Assembly: GCF_006345805.1 (NCBI RefSeq)
Contig: NC_043019.1
Location: 26,411,360 to 26,475,359 of the forward strand
Direction of reading: 5' to 3'
Origin: Octopus sinensis
Lineage: Eukaryota
Length of the DNA stretch: 64,000 bases
Within the stretch, counting starts at the first letter, position 1. Every line of letters starts with the position of its first letter. The notes beneath the pieces were generated by a model that searched no databases, was not told where the DNA came from, and saw nothing but the letters and a program-made list of their open reading frames with translations. A program made the translations under genes and the position numbers. Shown here one piece after another: positions 38,221 to 50,800 of this stretch.

Positions 38221-39870
38221 TATTAAAACAGCTCTTTGTTTATAATTCTGCATTGAAAATGAAACTAAATCAGTGCTTTTCAGAATAGTAAAAAATATCT
38301 TGAAAATTTTGCTGTGTGTTGTGTGTGCTATTTCTAATGTATATTTTATGAAATCCAATCGGTAAAGTGTGAAGATCAGAAATCACTGAGGCATGGCTGT
38401 TGTTATAGATGACTGCACAACTCACAATGTTTAAATTGCAGTAACATGAAACACACACATAAACACACACACACAACATACATAATGGTATCTATATTCT
38501 TTCATTTTCTTAATTCCATTCTTGCATCCAAATGAAAATATCATTAGCTTCTGCCAATACAGAACATCATTACTTTCCTCCAATTCTGCTGTTTTGTTAA
38601 TTAACGAGGGACTTTTGTTAATCCCTGCCTCTACACTGTGGATTTAACTGCATATGAGTCTAGCATAGCACATTACCATTATTTGAGTTGACTGGAAAGA
38701 AGCCATCATCAAATAAAAACGAAGGCAGTCATGTGGGAAGGGGTCATTAGGCGATTATGCTGGGCATGGAATAGTTCTGTGTTGGAACGGAGTAAAACTG
38801 GTTCCATCCATGTGCACTTGATACATGGGAAGCAAGGTAACATGTTTCTGAAACTGAGGTACATTCTGAAATTCTCCATGTTTCATATTGTTAAAAAAAA
38901 AATTATTTTTTATTGTTTCAGTTATTGGAGTGTGGCCATGTTGGAGCACACCTTCAAAGGTTTTTTAGTTGAATGAATCAACCCCGGTGCTTATTTTTTT
39001 GAGCCTGCTGCTTATTATTATTCTATTATTCTTTTATGCTGAACTGCTAAGTCTTGCACCAGTGATGTTGCAACTCATTTCTACAGCTGAGTGCACTGGA
39101 GCAATGTGAAATAAAGTGTTTATTTCTCTCTCTCACACACACAGCAGGCTTCCACATAGTTTCCATCTACCAATTTCCCAAGTCATTGGTCAGCCTTGGG
39201 CTATAGTAGAAGACATTTGGGGTATGTATCCTGTCATAACGATATCAAAAGATCCCTTTCAGTCATGAAGGTTGGACTTGTAGCACATTATGTCCTTGAG
39301 CAAGACACTTTATTTCACGTTGCTCCAGTCAACTCAGCTGGCAAAAATTAGTTGTACCTGTAATTCAAAGGGATAGCCTTGTCACTTCCTGTGTCATGCT
39401 GAATCTCCCTGAGAACTATGTTAAGGGTACACATGTCTGTGGAGTGCTCAGCCACTTGCACGTTAATTTCACGAACAGGCTGTACTGTTGATTGGATCAA
39501 CTGGAACCCTCATCGTTGTAACCGGTGGAGCGCCAAATGTTCTAATAATGTAATAAACATATTCCCTAACAGAAAAAAAAAAAGATCAAAGCTATATATA
39601 CTATGTCGATGTTTATGCTGGAAAATATGGCAAATATGTTGAGATGGATGAATTTAAAATATTCTTTTCTACTCTAGGCACAAGGTCTGAAATTTTTGGG
39701 GAGGGGGCCAGTCGATTAGATTAACCCCAGTAGGCAACTGGTACTTAATTTATCAACCCTGAAAGGATGAAAGGCAAAGTCAACCTTGGCAGAAAAGAAT
39801 ATTATATCAGGACTGACGAGTATTAGTCATAGCCACTTTAAACTGTGATTTTTTTAACCCCAAGAAGACA

Positions 39871-40100
39871 TCTCCTCTAGCTGGTTAATGACGAACAACT
39901 GCATCCAATAAAATTGTGAGTAGGGGAGCGAAGCCCTACCATTTCCTAGTGCTGGGACCAGTAGACCAGTCCTGGTTTCGGGCTATTTCTGCCACTCCTC
40001 AATACTGGACAGTACTGGCCCCATTACTAGATGGTAGGGTTTCGTTTCCCCGCTCTCAATGTTATTGGATGCAGTTGTGCATCATTAACCAGATAGAGGA
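39871..40100. repeat. Older imperfect foldback, about 100-bp arms
   Basis: 39871-39970 is the reverse complement of 40004-40100 at roughly 80% identity, judged by eye. Confidence 0.8.
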
Positions 40101-42087
40101 GAGGTCCTCTTGGGGACAAAAAAATCGCAGTAGAGTCCACTCGAACGGACAGCCATGTTGAAGTGGCTACGAATATTAGTTGTTAGTACAACTACTGTGT
40201 TGATCTCTTAGAGAGATTTTAGAATAAGCATTTTTGCTTGTATCAGGACTACAAAAATAAAAACAGCAATGGAATTGAAACAGAACAGACTTGATATTGT
40301 TGTTTAGGATCACAAATTAACAATAGTCTGTTATGGATGCCAGATACCGTGATATCAATGATACTTGATATGATACTTGATATCAAGGATATTTGGTATT
40401 AATCATAGTTGATATCATACATCAATGGCACTTTGTATATTTGATATCAATGATACTTGATATGTCACACTTAACATCAATAATACTTGAATATATAATA
40501 CATGATATCAATGCAGGAAGAAGATATCTGTGGAACTCTGTCTGAAAAAGTACCCGAATAGAATTTTAACTTTATCATCATCATCATTGTTGTCATTTTC
40601 ATTATTCTAATGTCCACTTTTCCATGCTTGAATGGGTTGGACAGAATTCATGGTGCCGTATTTTCTAAAATCAGATATCCTTCATGTCACCGACCCTCAC
40701 CCGTTTCCAAACAAATTAATATTTTACCCATGACCAGAAATTTCTTGTAGAATATTAGAAATGGATAACACTGCCTTTACTTGACCATCCCATTTATATT
40801 CTGATCTCTTGTGAGTATGCCTAGCACTTTGCCACCATCTCTATCCTACTATCTCCCACACTCTCTCTCCTTCTGCACTTCCTTCAGGTTGGGCAACCAT
40901 GTATCTCCTTTGTGGTGGCACACCTGTTTCCATCTTCATTCCTGATCTCTGCTTTCCTCTCTCTCTCTTTCTGCCCAGGTAACCTTGTGCCTCCTCTACA
41001 GCAAGACACCTATCTCTGTCTTACTCTAACCTTTCATCATCTGACACAAGATCACCTCCTCCAATGCCCCATCCCCTCTCAAAAGATTTTTGTCTGGCAG
41101 GTTACTTGGTGGCCCAGTCAGTGCAGGTGTCACTTAAAAAGCACTCAGTCCACATTGTAAAGTGGTTGGCATTTGGAAGGGCATCCAGCTGTAAAAACCT
41201 TGCCTGTACATGTGCCACGTAAAAAGCTCTCAGTCCATTCTGCAGGGTGGTTGGTGTTAGGATGGGCATCCAGCAGTAAAAAACCTGCCAAAACAGTCAC
41301 AGAGGTCTGGTGCAGGTTTCTGTCAAACTGTCCCACCCATGCCAGCATGGAAGGTAGATGTTAAACGATGATAATGATGATGAACTGCCTTTAAATTAAC
41401 AGCCCCTCAGGTTACATGAAAAGTGAACATCTGTAACCATAATCCTTGGTGTACTTGGTTATGTTAGAAAATACTTAAGTAATAACCGTGTAAAGTTATA
41501 GTTTTTAGCCAAAGAGATCAACTTATATACACCCTGTAAATATACATGCTGTAAGAGGAACAGTAAAAGTAAGCAACACTTTTCTAAAGTTTAACATGTA
41601 AATATTCTACCAGTTTTGTTGTTTAAATTCTAGCAACAGAATTTTGTTACTTTTTTAGAAACCAGTTACCTCTTTTCGAAAAAAATTTCAAATCCTTAAA
41701 AGAAAACAAGGGATGTAATAGACATCATCATTATCATCATCATCGACCTTTAATGTCCGTTTCCATGGTGGCTGGCATGGGTCGGATGGTTCGACAGGAG
41801 CTGGTGAACCAGAGGGCTGCACCAAAATCCAGTGTCTACTTTGGCATGGTTTCTATTACTGGATGCCTTTCCTAATGCCAACCACTTCATAGAGTATATA
41901 TATATATACACACACACACATATGTATGTGTGTGTGTATGTGTGTTTGTGTGTCTATGTGCATGTGTCAATGCAAACAATACTGGCTGTCATCATCAGAT
42001 GTGGTTTAATACATAAAATGCTTCAACCTTGATCGATGTTGCATCAAAACTTGAATCTGTACAAAGGAAAAAATCTCACCTCCAATA

Positions 42088-43090
42088 CCACCACCACCAC
42101 CACCACCACACCATTTCCATCAGAACCACTTTCACCACCACCACAATTATTGCTACCACTGCCATCACCACCACCACCACCACCACCACCACACCATTTC
42201 CATCAGAACCACTTTCACCACCACCACAATTATTGCTACCACTGCCATCACCACCACCACCACCACCACCACCACACCATTTCCATCAGAACCACTTTCA
42301 CCACCACCACAATTATTGCTACCACTGCCATCACCACCACCACCACCACCACCACACCATTTCCATCAGAACCACTTTCACCACCACCACAATTATTGCT
42401 ACCACTGCCATCACCACCACCACCACCACCACCACCACCACCACCACACCATTTCCATCAGAACCACTTTCACCACCACCACAATTATTGCTACCACTGC
42501 CATCACCACCACCACCACCACCACCACACCATTTCCATCAGAACCACTTTCACCACCACCACAATTATTGCTACCACTGCCATCACCACCACCACCACCA
42601 CCACCACACCATTTCCATCAGAACCACTTTCACCACCACCACAATTATTGCTACCACTGCCATCACCACCACCACCACCACCACCACCACCACACCATTT
42701 CCATCAGAACCACTTTCACCACCACCACAATTATTGCTACCACTGCCATCACCACCACCACCACCACCACCACACCATTTCCATCAGAACCACTTTCACC
42801 ACAATTATTGCTACCACTGCCATCACCACCACCACCACCACCACCACCACACCATTTCCATCAGAACCACTTTCACCACCACCACTGCCATCACCACCAC
42901 CACCACCACCATCACACCATTTCCATCAGAACCACCTTCACCACCATTACCACCACCACCACCACCACCACACCATTTCCATCAGAACCACTTTCACCAC
43001 CACCACTGCCATCACCACCACCACCACCACCACCACCACACCATTTCCATTATAACCACCTTCACCACCATTACCACCACCGCTGCCACT
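42088..43090. repeat. Minisatellite, 13 units of 56-92 bp with an embedded variable (CAC)n
   Basis: Anchor CCATTTCCAT at 42111, 42194, 42277, 42357, 42449, 42529, 42609, 42695, 42775, 42852, 42917, 42973, 43041. Confidence 0.95.
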
Positions 43091-43428
43091 GCCACCATCA
43101 CTGGCCAAAGTCCCAAATATCAATCTCTGTAAATCACACATCGTTGAAAGAATGTAAGGTTTGTTTTTAATTATTTACAGACATCTACAGGTGGTGCTGT
43201 AGCATGGCCTTAGCTGCAACAGTTAATAACTTTACAGAACTAATACAGACCATATGTGTTCCGTTTTTTTTTTCTTTCCAATTGATAACAATTTCTCTTT
43301 CTGTTGTATTTGAAAATAGAATGTGTGTGTGTGCGCACGCATTTGTGTGTTTGTGTGTGTGTGTGTTTGCATGCATCTGTATGAGTGTGCATATGTGCAT
43401 GTGTGTATACAGGTGCATATATATGTAG

Positions 43429-43747
43429 GAATGTACACAATTATGTACACACATAGTTATGTATGCATGTATGTATGTATACACGCATACATATATCTAT
43501 GTATTTAGGGGCAAATGTATATGTCTGTGTGCATGTATGAATGTGTGTGTGTGTATGTATATATACATACATATACGAATGTGTGTGTGTATGTATGTAT
43601 GTATATCTATATATGTATATACATACATCCACACACACATTCGTTCATGCACAAGACACACATATACATTTGTCCCTAAATACATAGATATATGTATGCG
43701 TATATACATACATACATACCTATGTGTGTACATAATTGTGTACATTC
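43429..43747. repeat. Long inverted repeat downstream of the TOR1AIP-like stop codon
   Basis: Anchors GAATGTACACAATTATGTACACACATAG and GCATACATATATCTATGTATTTAGGG(G/A)CAAATGTATATGT occur on both arms in inverted orientation. Confidence 0.88.
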
Positions 43748-44318
43748 TATCTATAAATGTATGTATATATATATATATATTTTTTTTTGAATGTATTTAT
43801 GTATGAAAATTTGTTTGAATGTTCATATATATATACATATGTATGTGTATATGTACGAATGTTAATATGTATGCATGAATGTACATATGCAATTATATAC
43901 ATATTATATACATATCTGTATATATGTTTGATTGTACAAACATACATCTAAATATTTGTATGTGTCTATGCATATGACTCCATGTGTTTCCACATACATA
44001 AGTATACACACACACATATATATGTATGCGTGTGTGTATATACACGTATATTCATATTCATATTGTGAATGCATTTAAGTATATACACATGTATGTATTT
44101 TCTTAATGACCCTTAAAACAGGTCAACAGCTCTCGTTACTTTTGAAGTTCCTTTTCATAGAGATTAGTAGTTTGAGGTTGTTTCAAGCCTCCTTTGGTGA
44201 AGGTTTCTAAGATGTCCTCAATTAGAAATCATACAATCAACAATACATGCACAACACATGTATGTCAGTCTTCAGAAGAGCAAAAGCTGCTTCCGTTTAT
44301 GGTGTTGTACTGTGAATA

Positions 44319-45374
44319 TTAATCAGTGGCTGAAATAAATACCATATTCTCAGTAAGCCTTGCTATCAGAGAATTCACTTCTGTCTCCTTCGTTTGCCAA
44401 ATCTCCCACAGATATTCAGGTATTTTCAAAGGGTTAGCTTTGTGAAGGGGTACGTAGATGGTGAAGACAAACAGTTTGTTACAGATCAGTTTCTCGACTA
44501 AGGTGTAAGTAATGAAGTTTATGTCGACGCCGGAGACCATTTCCAAGTGATCGGTCAGAACAGCAGGTTGGCACTTGGATTGTATTGTTTCAATTTCCAA
44601 GTAGAGCTTGCTTTGGAAATCAGATAGAGCCAACCCGGTCATGCCAATGCTACCGAATTTGATGTGGGTAGAAACATCATGGCCATGAAGGGCATTGAAA
44701 ATCTCAACAACATTCAGAGCAATGTTATATCCTGTGTCGGTCATTTTGAGAGGTACCACAAACAGAATGACACCTGGTAAGTCTTCTTTAGGTTCATAAA
44801 ATACGTTCCAGACGACCGAACGTAAAGTGAGCCAAAGCCATACATTCTGACATCTGAACTGTTTTTGTAATTGGTACAAAGCCTTGCTGTATCTAGAGTA
44901 GCTGTTAGTGTCACACTGCTCTGTCGGTGAAGATCCTCCCATACAGAAGGTCGCTATTAACATACTGATGGAGAGTAAGGCAAAAGGCAGCAATATATAC
45001 AACATGTTGTTCCATGTGGTTCCCTGAAATAATGTGTAGGTGGCGCACATGTGTCTCAGTTTATAAAAGATATTTCCCTCATTTATAGCAAGCTGTTCTG
45101 TTGTATGGCAGAGCGTAATTTGCGAGTGTGGTGCATGGATTGTCACACTGCTGTCACTGTCAAGTTCGGTTGACAAAGTGGTCTTTTCTTCACTGTCTTT
45201 ACACAGCTGTGGATTCTGTAGTAGGATGGTCGTGTCTTCAGTGATGGTTGCACCGTCTTCGACAATGCAGGTGATTGATATTTCTTTGGGTTTCTTGCCT
45301 GTAGTTCTTATTGTGCACACCGAAGGACTCTGTTCACATGATGACGTGACTGATGACGATGATGGATGATGAAC
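44319..45374 (-). CDS. TOR1AIP-like: Torsin-1A-interacting protein (LAP1/LULL1 family) last coding exon, 351 codons: low-complexity N-part, TM helix, luminal AAA+-like activator domain
   Basis: Stop-free non-repetitive frame with phase-0 acceptor ttttatccttttag|GTT at 45374. TM MLYILLPFALLSISMLIATFCM (45005-44940). Ordered matches to LULL1/LAP1 as I recall them: QLQKQFRCQNVWLW ~ SLQRKFPGQSSFLW, PGVILF ~ PATIIF, PAVLTDHLE ~ KAAVVHHFE, EYLWEIW ~ DLLWAKF, SLIARLTENMVFI ~ GLWSRISHLVLPV (arginine finger codon 44358-44360). Confidence 0.85.
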   Translation of the reverse strand, partial: VHHPSSSSVTSSCEQSPSVCTIRTTGKKPKEISITCIVEDGATITEDTTILLQNPQLCKDSEEKTTLSTELDSDSSVTIHAPHSQITLCHTTEQLAINEGNIFYKLRHMCATYTLFQGTTWNNMLYILLPFALLSISMLIATFCMGGSSPTEQCDTNSYSRYSKALYQLQKQFRCQNVWLWLTLRSVVWNVFYEPKEDLPGVILFVVPLKMTDTGYNIALNVVEIFNALHGHDVSTHIKFGSIGMTGLALSDFQSKLYLEIETIQSKCQPAVLTDHLEMVSGVDINFITYTLVEKLICNKLFVFTIYVPLHKANPLKIPEYLWEIWQTKETEVNSLIARLTENMVFISATD

Positions 45375-45419
45375 CTAAAAGGATAAAAATTAAAAGAATA
45401 AACAATTACATCAGTAATA

Positions 45420-45465
<46 letters not shown>

Positions 45466-45931
45466 GTTTCAAATTTTGCCACAAGGGCAGCCATTCTGGA
45501 GGTGGGGATAAGTCAATTACATCGAGCCCCAGTATTTCACTGGTGCTTAATTTATTGACCCCGAAAGGATGAAAAGCAAAGTCAACCTCGGCGGAATTTG
45601 AGCTCAGAATGTAGCGATGGGTGAAATACTGCTAAGCATAATAATAGCCCACATCATATGCAAGACACTATCAATTCGATAATGCAACCTAAACAAAACA
45701 ATCCACAAGACACACTCTATACAGCAAATATCCAATGAAATAAACTACCACTGGCAGGCTGGATACCCAACACAATACACATTCAACACACAATACAATA
45801 CTGGGAAGGGTTTGCACACTCCCAATAGCAAAAAAAGAGCACACAATGCTGCATACTCCCCAGCAACAGGGAGGTGTATCAGGTGGTGCAGTAGAAATTT
45901 GCCTCAAACTACCAAATGTTGAACAGTTATA

Positions 45932-45963
<32 letters not shown>

Positions 45964-48900
45964 ATACTAATAATAATAATAATAAGCCTGGTGCAGCCAT
46001 CTGGTTCGCCAGTCCTCAGTCAAATCGTCCAACCCATGCTAGCATGGAAAGCAGACATTAAATGATAATGATATGATGATGAATAATTGCTTCAAATTTT
46101 TAGCATATGGTTAGCAATTTTAGGGAGAGAGAATTTGCGAATCAATTCCAGAACTTGTCTGTTAATTTTGCCTATTGATCTAGGAGGCATAAAAGGTAAA
46201 GTTGACCACAGCAAGATTTGAACTTAGAATGTAAAAGACTGGAAGAAATACTACAAGCACAGCAACGATTCTGCAACAATTTTTTTAATGGTTCCTAATT
46301 TAGGCACAAGGTCATAAATTTAAAGGGAAAAGAACAATAAATTTTATTGACCTTTGGGAGATGAAAAGTATAGAAAACAGGATACAAGATGCATGAAATG
46401 AGATGTCTCAATATGGGCAAGAAGCAGCTTCCAATGAACTTCTAGTTCCAGGATTACCATGAACACAAAGGGCAAGTACCCTCTTCAAAGTATCTACTTA
46501 AGCTACAAGCTCATGTTGAGGGTGAGCTCACTCATGCAGGACATTTGTGCTACACTCGCCCACCTCTCAGAAAATTCACAGGAAGATGACATCTCTCTCT
46601 CTCTCTCTTTCTTCTATTTCTCTCTCTCCACTTTCAAATGCCTTTCCAAGTGGTACCTGAAGGAGATAATAAAGGTTGATCCAAAAGGAAGGCTTTCAGT
46701 CATTTCATTCTCCTCTGCCAGACAATCTTTTTAACCATGGTCACCAAACAGGAGAAAACTGCTGGCCTTTCACAGTCAAAGGAAGGTGGAGGAGCAGTTT
46801 CCATGGTAGACTTGGTTGCTAACCAGATTCAGCCTACATGTGAGAACAATCGTTTGACATAACATCACAGGTCAACAATATTTGGTCATTGGTCGCCGAT
46901 GAAGAGTGTATGGCAAAGTTTTATAGCACTACATACATCTCAAACAAGTCTGAATGGCAGAGTAGTGTTTACTTGTTACATGTAGAGGTTATCCCAAACC
47001 AGTTATCCTTCTTGTAGAACTGCCAGGACAGGGGTTCATGGAGTTTTCCACAGACTCTTAGACCTTTGGAATAAGTTGTTTAGTTGAGCCTCATCAAAAT
47101 GAAGTTTCCCTAAGAAAATCATCACTGTTGCCTCAAATCTAACCCTAACCTATTTTGCATCACAGACTGGTTTCATACAATACATCACACACATAATAAA
47201 ACCACAATAAAGTGCATAATATACAATTTAATTATTACATATATAATAATGTAATTATCACATGTATATTATGCCCTTTATTTCTATCATTACATTGTAA
47301 TATATGTAATACAAAGACTGTGAGCAGGCAGAATTGCTAGCGTGCTGGTTAAAATGCTTAGCGGTATTTTGTCTATCTTTACATTCAAATTCCACTGAGG
47401 TTGACTTTGCCTTCCATTCTTTCAGGGTTGATAAAATAAGTACCAGTGAAACACTGGGGTTGCTATAATCAACTTATCCCTATCCCCTTCCTTTGAATTT
47501 GCTGGCCTTGTTCCAAAACTTGAATCCAGGCTATGTAATACAATACAAAATTTAAAAATTACTTCTTTCTGTGTGGTCTGGTGCCAAATGATCCAAGGCC
47601 AGAGACTGATGTGCAGCTTGGTGGTTGGGGAGCCCCTACTTTATAGAACACAAAGGGTTTATGTAACACCAGCCACATTACTCAAATGGTAGAAATATGT
47701 GAGTATCTAACAACATTCCAGATGTCATGAGTCTAATTTTGGTCTTCATTTTACCCAAATTTATTTATAGCTGTATCAAAGAGATTGGCTGCAATAAAAT
47801 GTACCTCACAATCAGTGAGCTAATGAGATACTTTCTCACCATCCTGGAATCTTTTTAGATGCTGCAGCCTTGGTGCACACCTGCCCATCCTCAGCCATAG
47901 TGAGCCTTCAACACAGAAGGTATAAGCAGTCGACGGACCCTCTGATCAGTGGAACATGTTCCTTCTCCAAGATGTTAAAGAGCAGATGTTGAAGCCTGGT
48001 CAGATAAAATTGGGGCAAGACAAGATGGTCAGATGGTAATAAACAATGGAGACAATGTAATGAGGCTGATATTTGATGGATAGATTCCTCTCAGTCGATT
48101 TCTGGGTGAGAATGGCCACCCTGACTGTAAGCCTATCTCAGTTCTTATCGTCTAAAACCGAAGAGGATGAAAGCCAAAGTTGATCCTTGCAGGGCTTGAA
48201 CTCAGAACATAAAGAGCTGGAACAAATGCTGCAAAGCTTTTTTTTTTTTTGCCTACACTCTGATGATTGTGTCAATCCATCATCCCATCAGTGATAAAAC
48301 ATAAAACCACATAGAAAAAGCTTTGACTTAGTGAGTACTGCACCCTCTGGGATGGTTGCAGAGACACAATTAGCAAACTCTGCCAAACAATGTCTGGATA
48401 CTATCAGACAGGAACCATGTATGAAAGAGGAGAATGTGGGGAATTATTGTTTGTCTCTTAAATGTTTCAGACCTTGGACTGTGGCCATGCTGGAGCACAG
48501 TCTTGAAGGATTTAGTCAAACAAATCACCCCTGGGACTTATTTTTTAAGCCTGGTACTTATTTTGTTGGTTTTCTTTTGCTGAGCTGCTGAGTTACGAGG
48601 ACATAAACAAACCAACACTGGTTGTCAAGTAGTGGTGAGGGACAAACACAACACACACATATGCAAGCACATAAATACACATATACACACATGCTGTTGT
48701 ATATACATGTGTGCATACATGTATATACAACAGCCTTCTTTTGGCTTCCATCTACCAAATCCACTCACAAAATTTTGGTTAGCCCAGGGCTTTATTAGAA
48801 GCCGTTTGCCCAAGGTGCTGTGCAGTAGAACTGAACCCAAAGTCACAGGATTAGGAGGCAAGCTTCATAACCACACAGCCACACCTATACCTAATTAGAA

Positions 48901-49150
48901 AATAATATCAAAATAAAATAAGAAAAAATTTCAGGTATGTAAATTCTAGTTGACTTCTGAGAAAATACCACAAAAAAATCTAAAATGTCCAACATACAGA
49001 AGAGTGTCCAGCAAGACCGAGTCCACAGAATACAGGAAATACTGTTTTGGCTTTGGTCAAAATAAAATACTGACATTTGTGCTAACAGGCAAGGAGAACC
49101 AATGCGGAATCAGAGACACACAATAGGTGATGGCACAGTTGGGTGGTTAA

Positions 49151-49644
49151 CCCTTTCGTTACTGTATTTATTTTGAGATGCTCTGTGTTTCTTTCAATTA
49201 ATTTTAAATATAACAAAGAATTTAGTAAAATAACTTAGTTATCAATAAGCTGGTGTAAGGAACATTAATTGTGACCAAGGTTTGGTGGAAGATTTTAATT
49301 CAGAACTTTTGCAAACAAGACATTTGTACTACAGAGCCAGAGGCAGTTTCAGGCAGGTTGGTAAGAAAAGGGTTAATGTGGCACTGTCACTACTGCTTTC
49401 TACATGGCACTAGCACGAGTGCTTTTACGCCTTTTGTTACTATATTTCTGTAGAGATGCTCTGTGTTACTTTCAATTAATTTTAAATATAACAAAGAATT
49501 TAGTAAAATAACTTAGTTATCAATAAGCTAGTGTTAGGAACATAAATTGAGACTAAGGTTTGGAGGAGGATTTTAATTCAGAACTTTTGAAAACATGACA
49601 TTTGTTCTACAGAGCCAGTTTGAGGTGGATTGGTATCAAAAGGG
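49151..49644. mobile_element. Two tandem TTAA-type MITEs (49151-49372, about 49428-49644)
   Basis: TTAA|CCCTTT..AAAGGG|TTAA ends; the two bodies are homologous. Confidence 0.8.
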
Positions 49645-50169
49645 TTAAGGAGGTCGTTTCTAATCACATGGTTTCAGGTTCAGTCCTACTGCACAATAAT
49701 TTGGACAAGTGTCTTCTGCTATAGCTTTGGGTCCACTTGTGAATGTAAGTGCATGGAAACTGTACAGAAGCTCTTTGAGGGAGATTCGGTTGTTATTTTT
49801 ACCTAGTTAAATAACCTCGTAAACACTCTCTCACTGAAACAGTATCATTATCTGCAACTTTCGAGGATAAATGAAATGCTCCAGTAAGAAGCGGCAACAG
49901 AGGTTGATTTAAAAGTTCTCTTTATTCTAGGCACAAAACCTGAACTTTTGAGTGGGGTGCGTCTAGTTGATGTATTAGATCTTGCCCAGTGCTCATCTAG
50001 TACTCATTTATTGAATCCCAAAAGAATGAGAAGAAAATTTGACTTCAGCAAAATTTAAATGTCAAGCTGGAAGAAAAATGCTCCATAGCAATTTTGTCTG
50101 GTTTGATAACTATTCTGCCAGCTTGCCACTTTTGATTGATCTAATTATGAAAATGTTTATGGTATATCT

Positions 50170-50800
50170 AATTAAGAAAATAGCTTAGGTAAAATGCAAT
50201 TCAGGTTTGTTTCAGATCAGGGTACCATTGAGGATGTCTTTTTGGTGAGACATTTACAGGGTAAGTTCTTAGCTAAAAGTAAGACCCTATATCTAGCATT
50301 TGTTGACCTGGTGAAGGCCTTTGACAGATTACCATGGCTTGTAAGGGGGTGAGCTGGCAGAAACTTTAGCATGCCAGGCGAAATGCTTAGTGATATTTAG
50401 TCTGCTGCTATTTTCTGTGTTCAAATTCTACCGAGGTCGACTTTGCCTTTCATCCTTTCGCGGTCGATTAAATAAGTACCAGTTATGCACTGGGGTTGAT
50501 ATAATCGAGTTAATCCGTTTGTCTGTCCTTGTTTGTCCTCTCTGTGTTTAGCCCCCTGTGGGTAGTAAAGAAATAGGTATTTCATCTGTCTTTATGTTCT
50601 GAGTTCAAATTCCACCGAAGTCGACTTTGCCTTTCATCCTTTTGGGGGTCGATAAATTAAGTACCAGTTGCATACTAGAGTCGATCTAATCGACTAGCTC
50701 CCTCCCCCAAAATTTCGGGCCTTGTGCCTAGAGCAGAAAAGATTGCCATGGCTTGTAAATCAGATGGTTGTTAAGAAGCCAAGGTACAAATGAAAGATTT
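50170..50800 (+). pseudogene. RTE-clade LINE reverse transcriptase fragment interrupted by a SINE dimer
   Basis: MQFRFVSDQGTIEDVFLVRHLQGKFLAKSKTLYLAFVDLVKAFDRLP, resuming IRWLLRSQG after 50758. Confidence 0.8.
50345..50739 (+). mobile_element. S2 SINE dimer with 19-bp TSD; other S2 copies at 9280-9490(-), 25805-26005(-), 32530-32755(-), 52420-52660(-), 55689-55903, 62490-62660(-)
   Basis: TSD AGATT(A/G)CCATGGCTTGTAA at 50326-50344 and 50740-50758; head GGTGAGCTGGCAGAA, B-box-like GTTCAAATTC. Confidence 0.9.

Noticed and set aside
42029-43132. 367/339/284-aa His/Pro/Thr ORFs as a real histidine-rich structural protein
   Set aside because: Non-ATG starts for two frames, all frames equally open because of strand composition, and no signal peptide or splice sites. 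Kept only as a repeat finding.
47810-48140. Weak RT-like words on the minus strand (GVHQGCS, LLFNILEK)
   Set aside because: Too degraded to assign; may be an old LINE relic, and no phase-0 exon for the TOR1AIP-like gene could be built from it.
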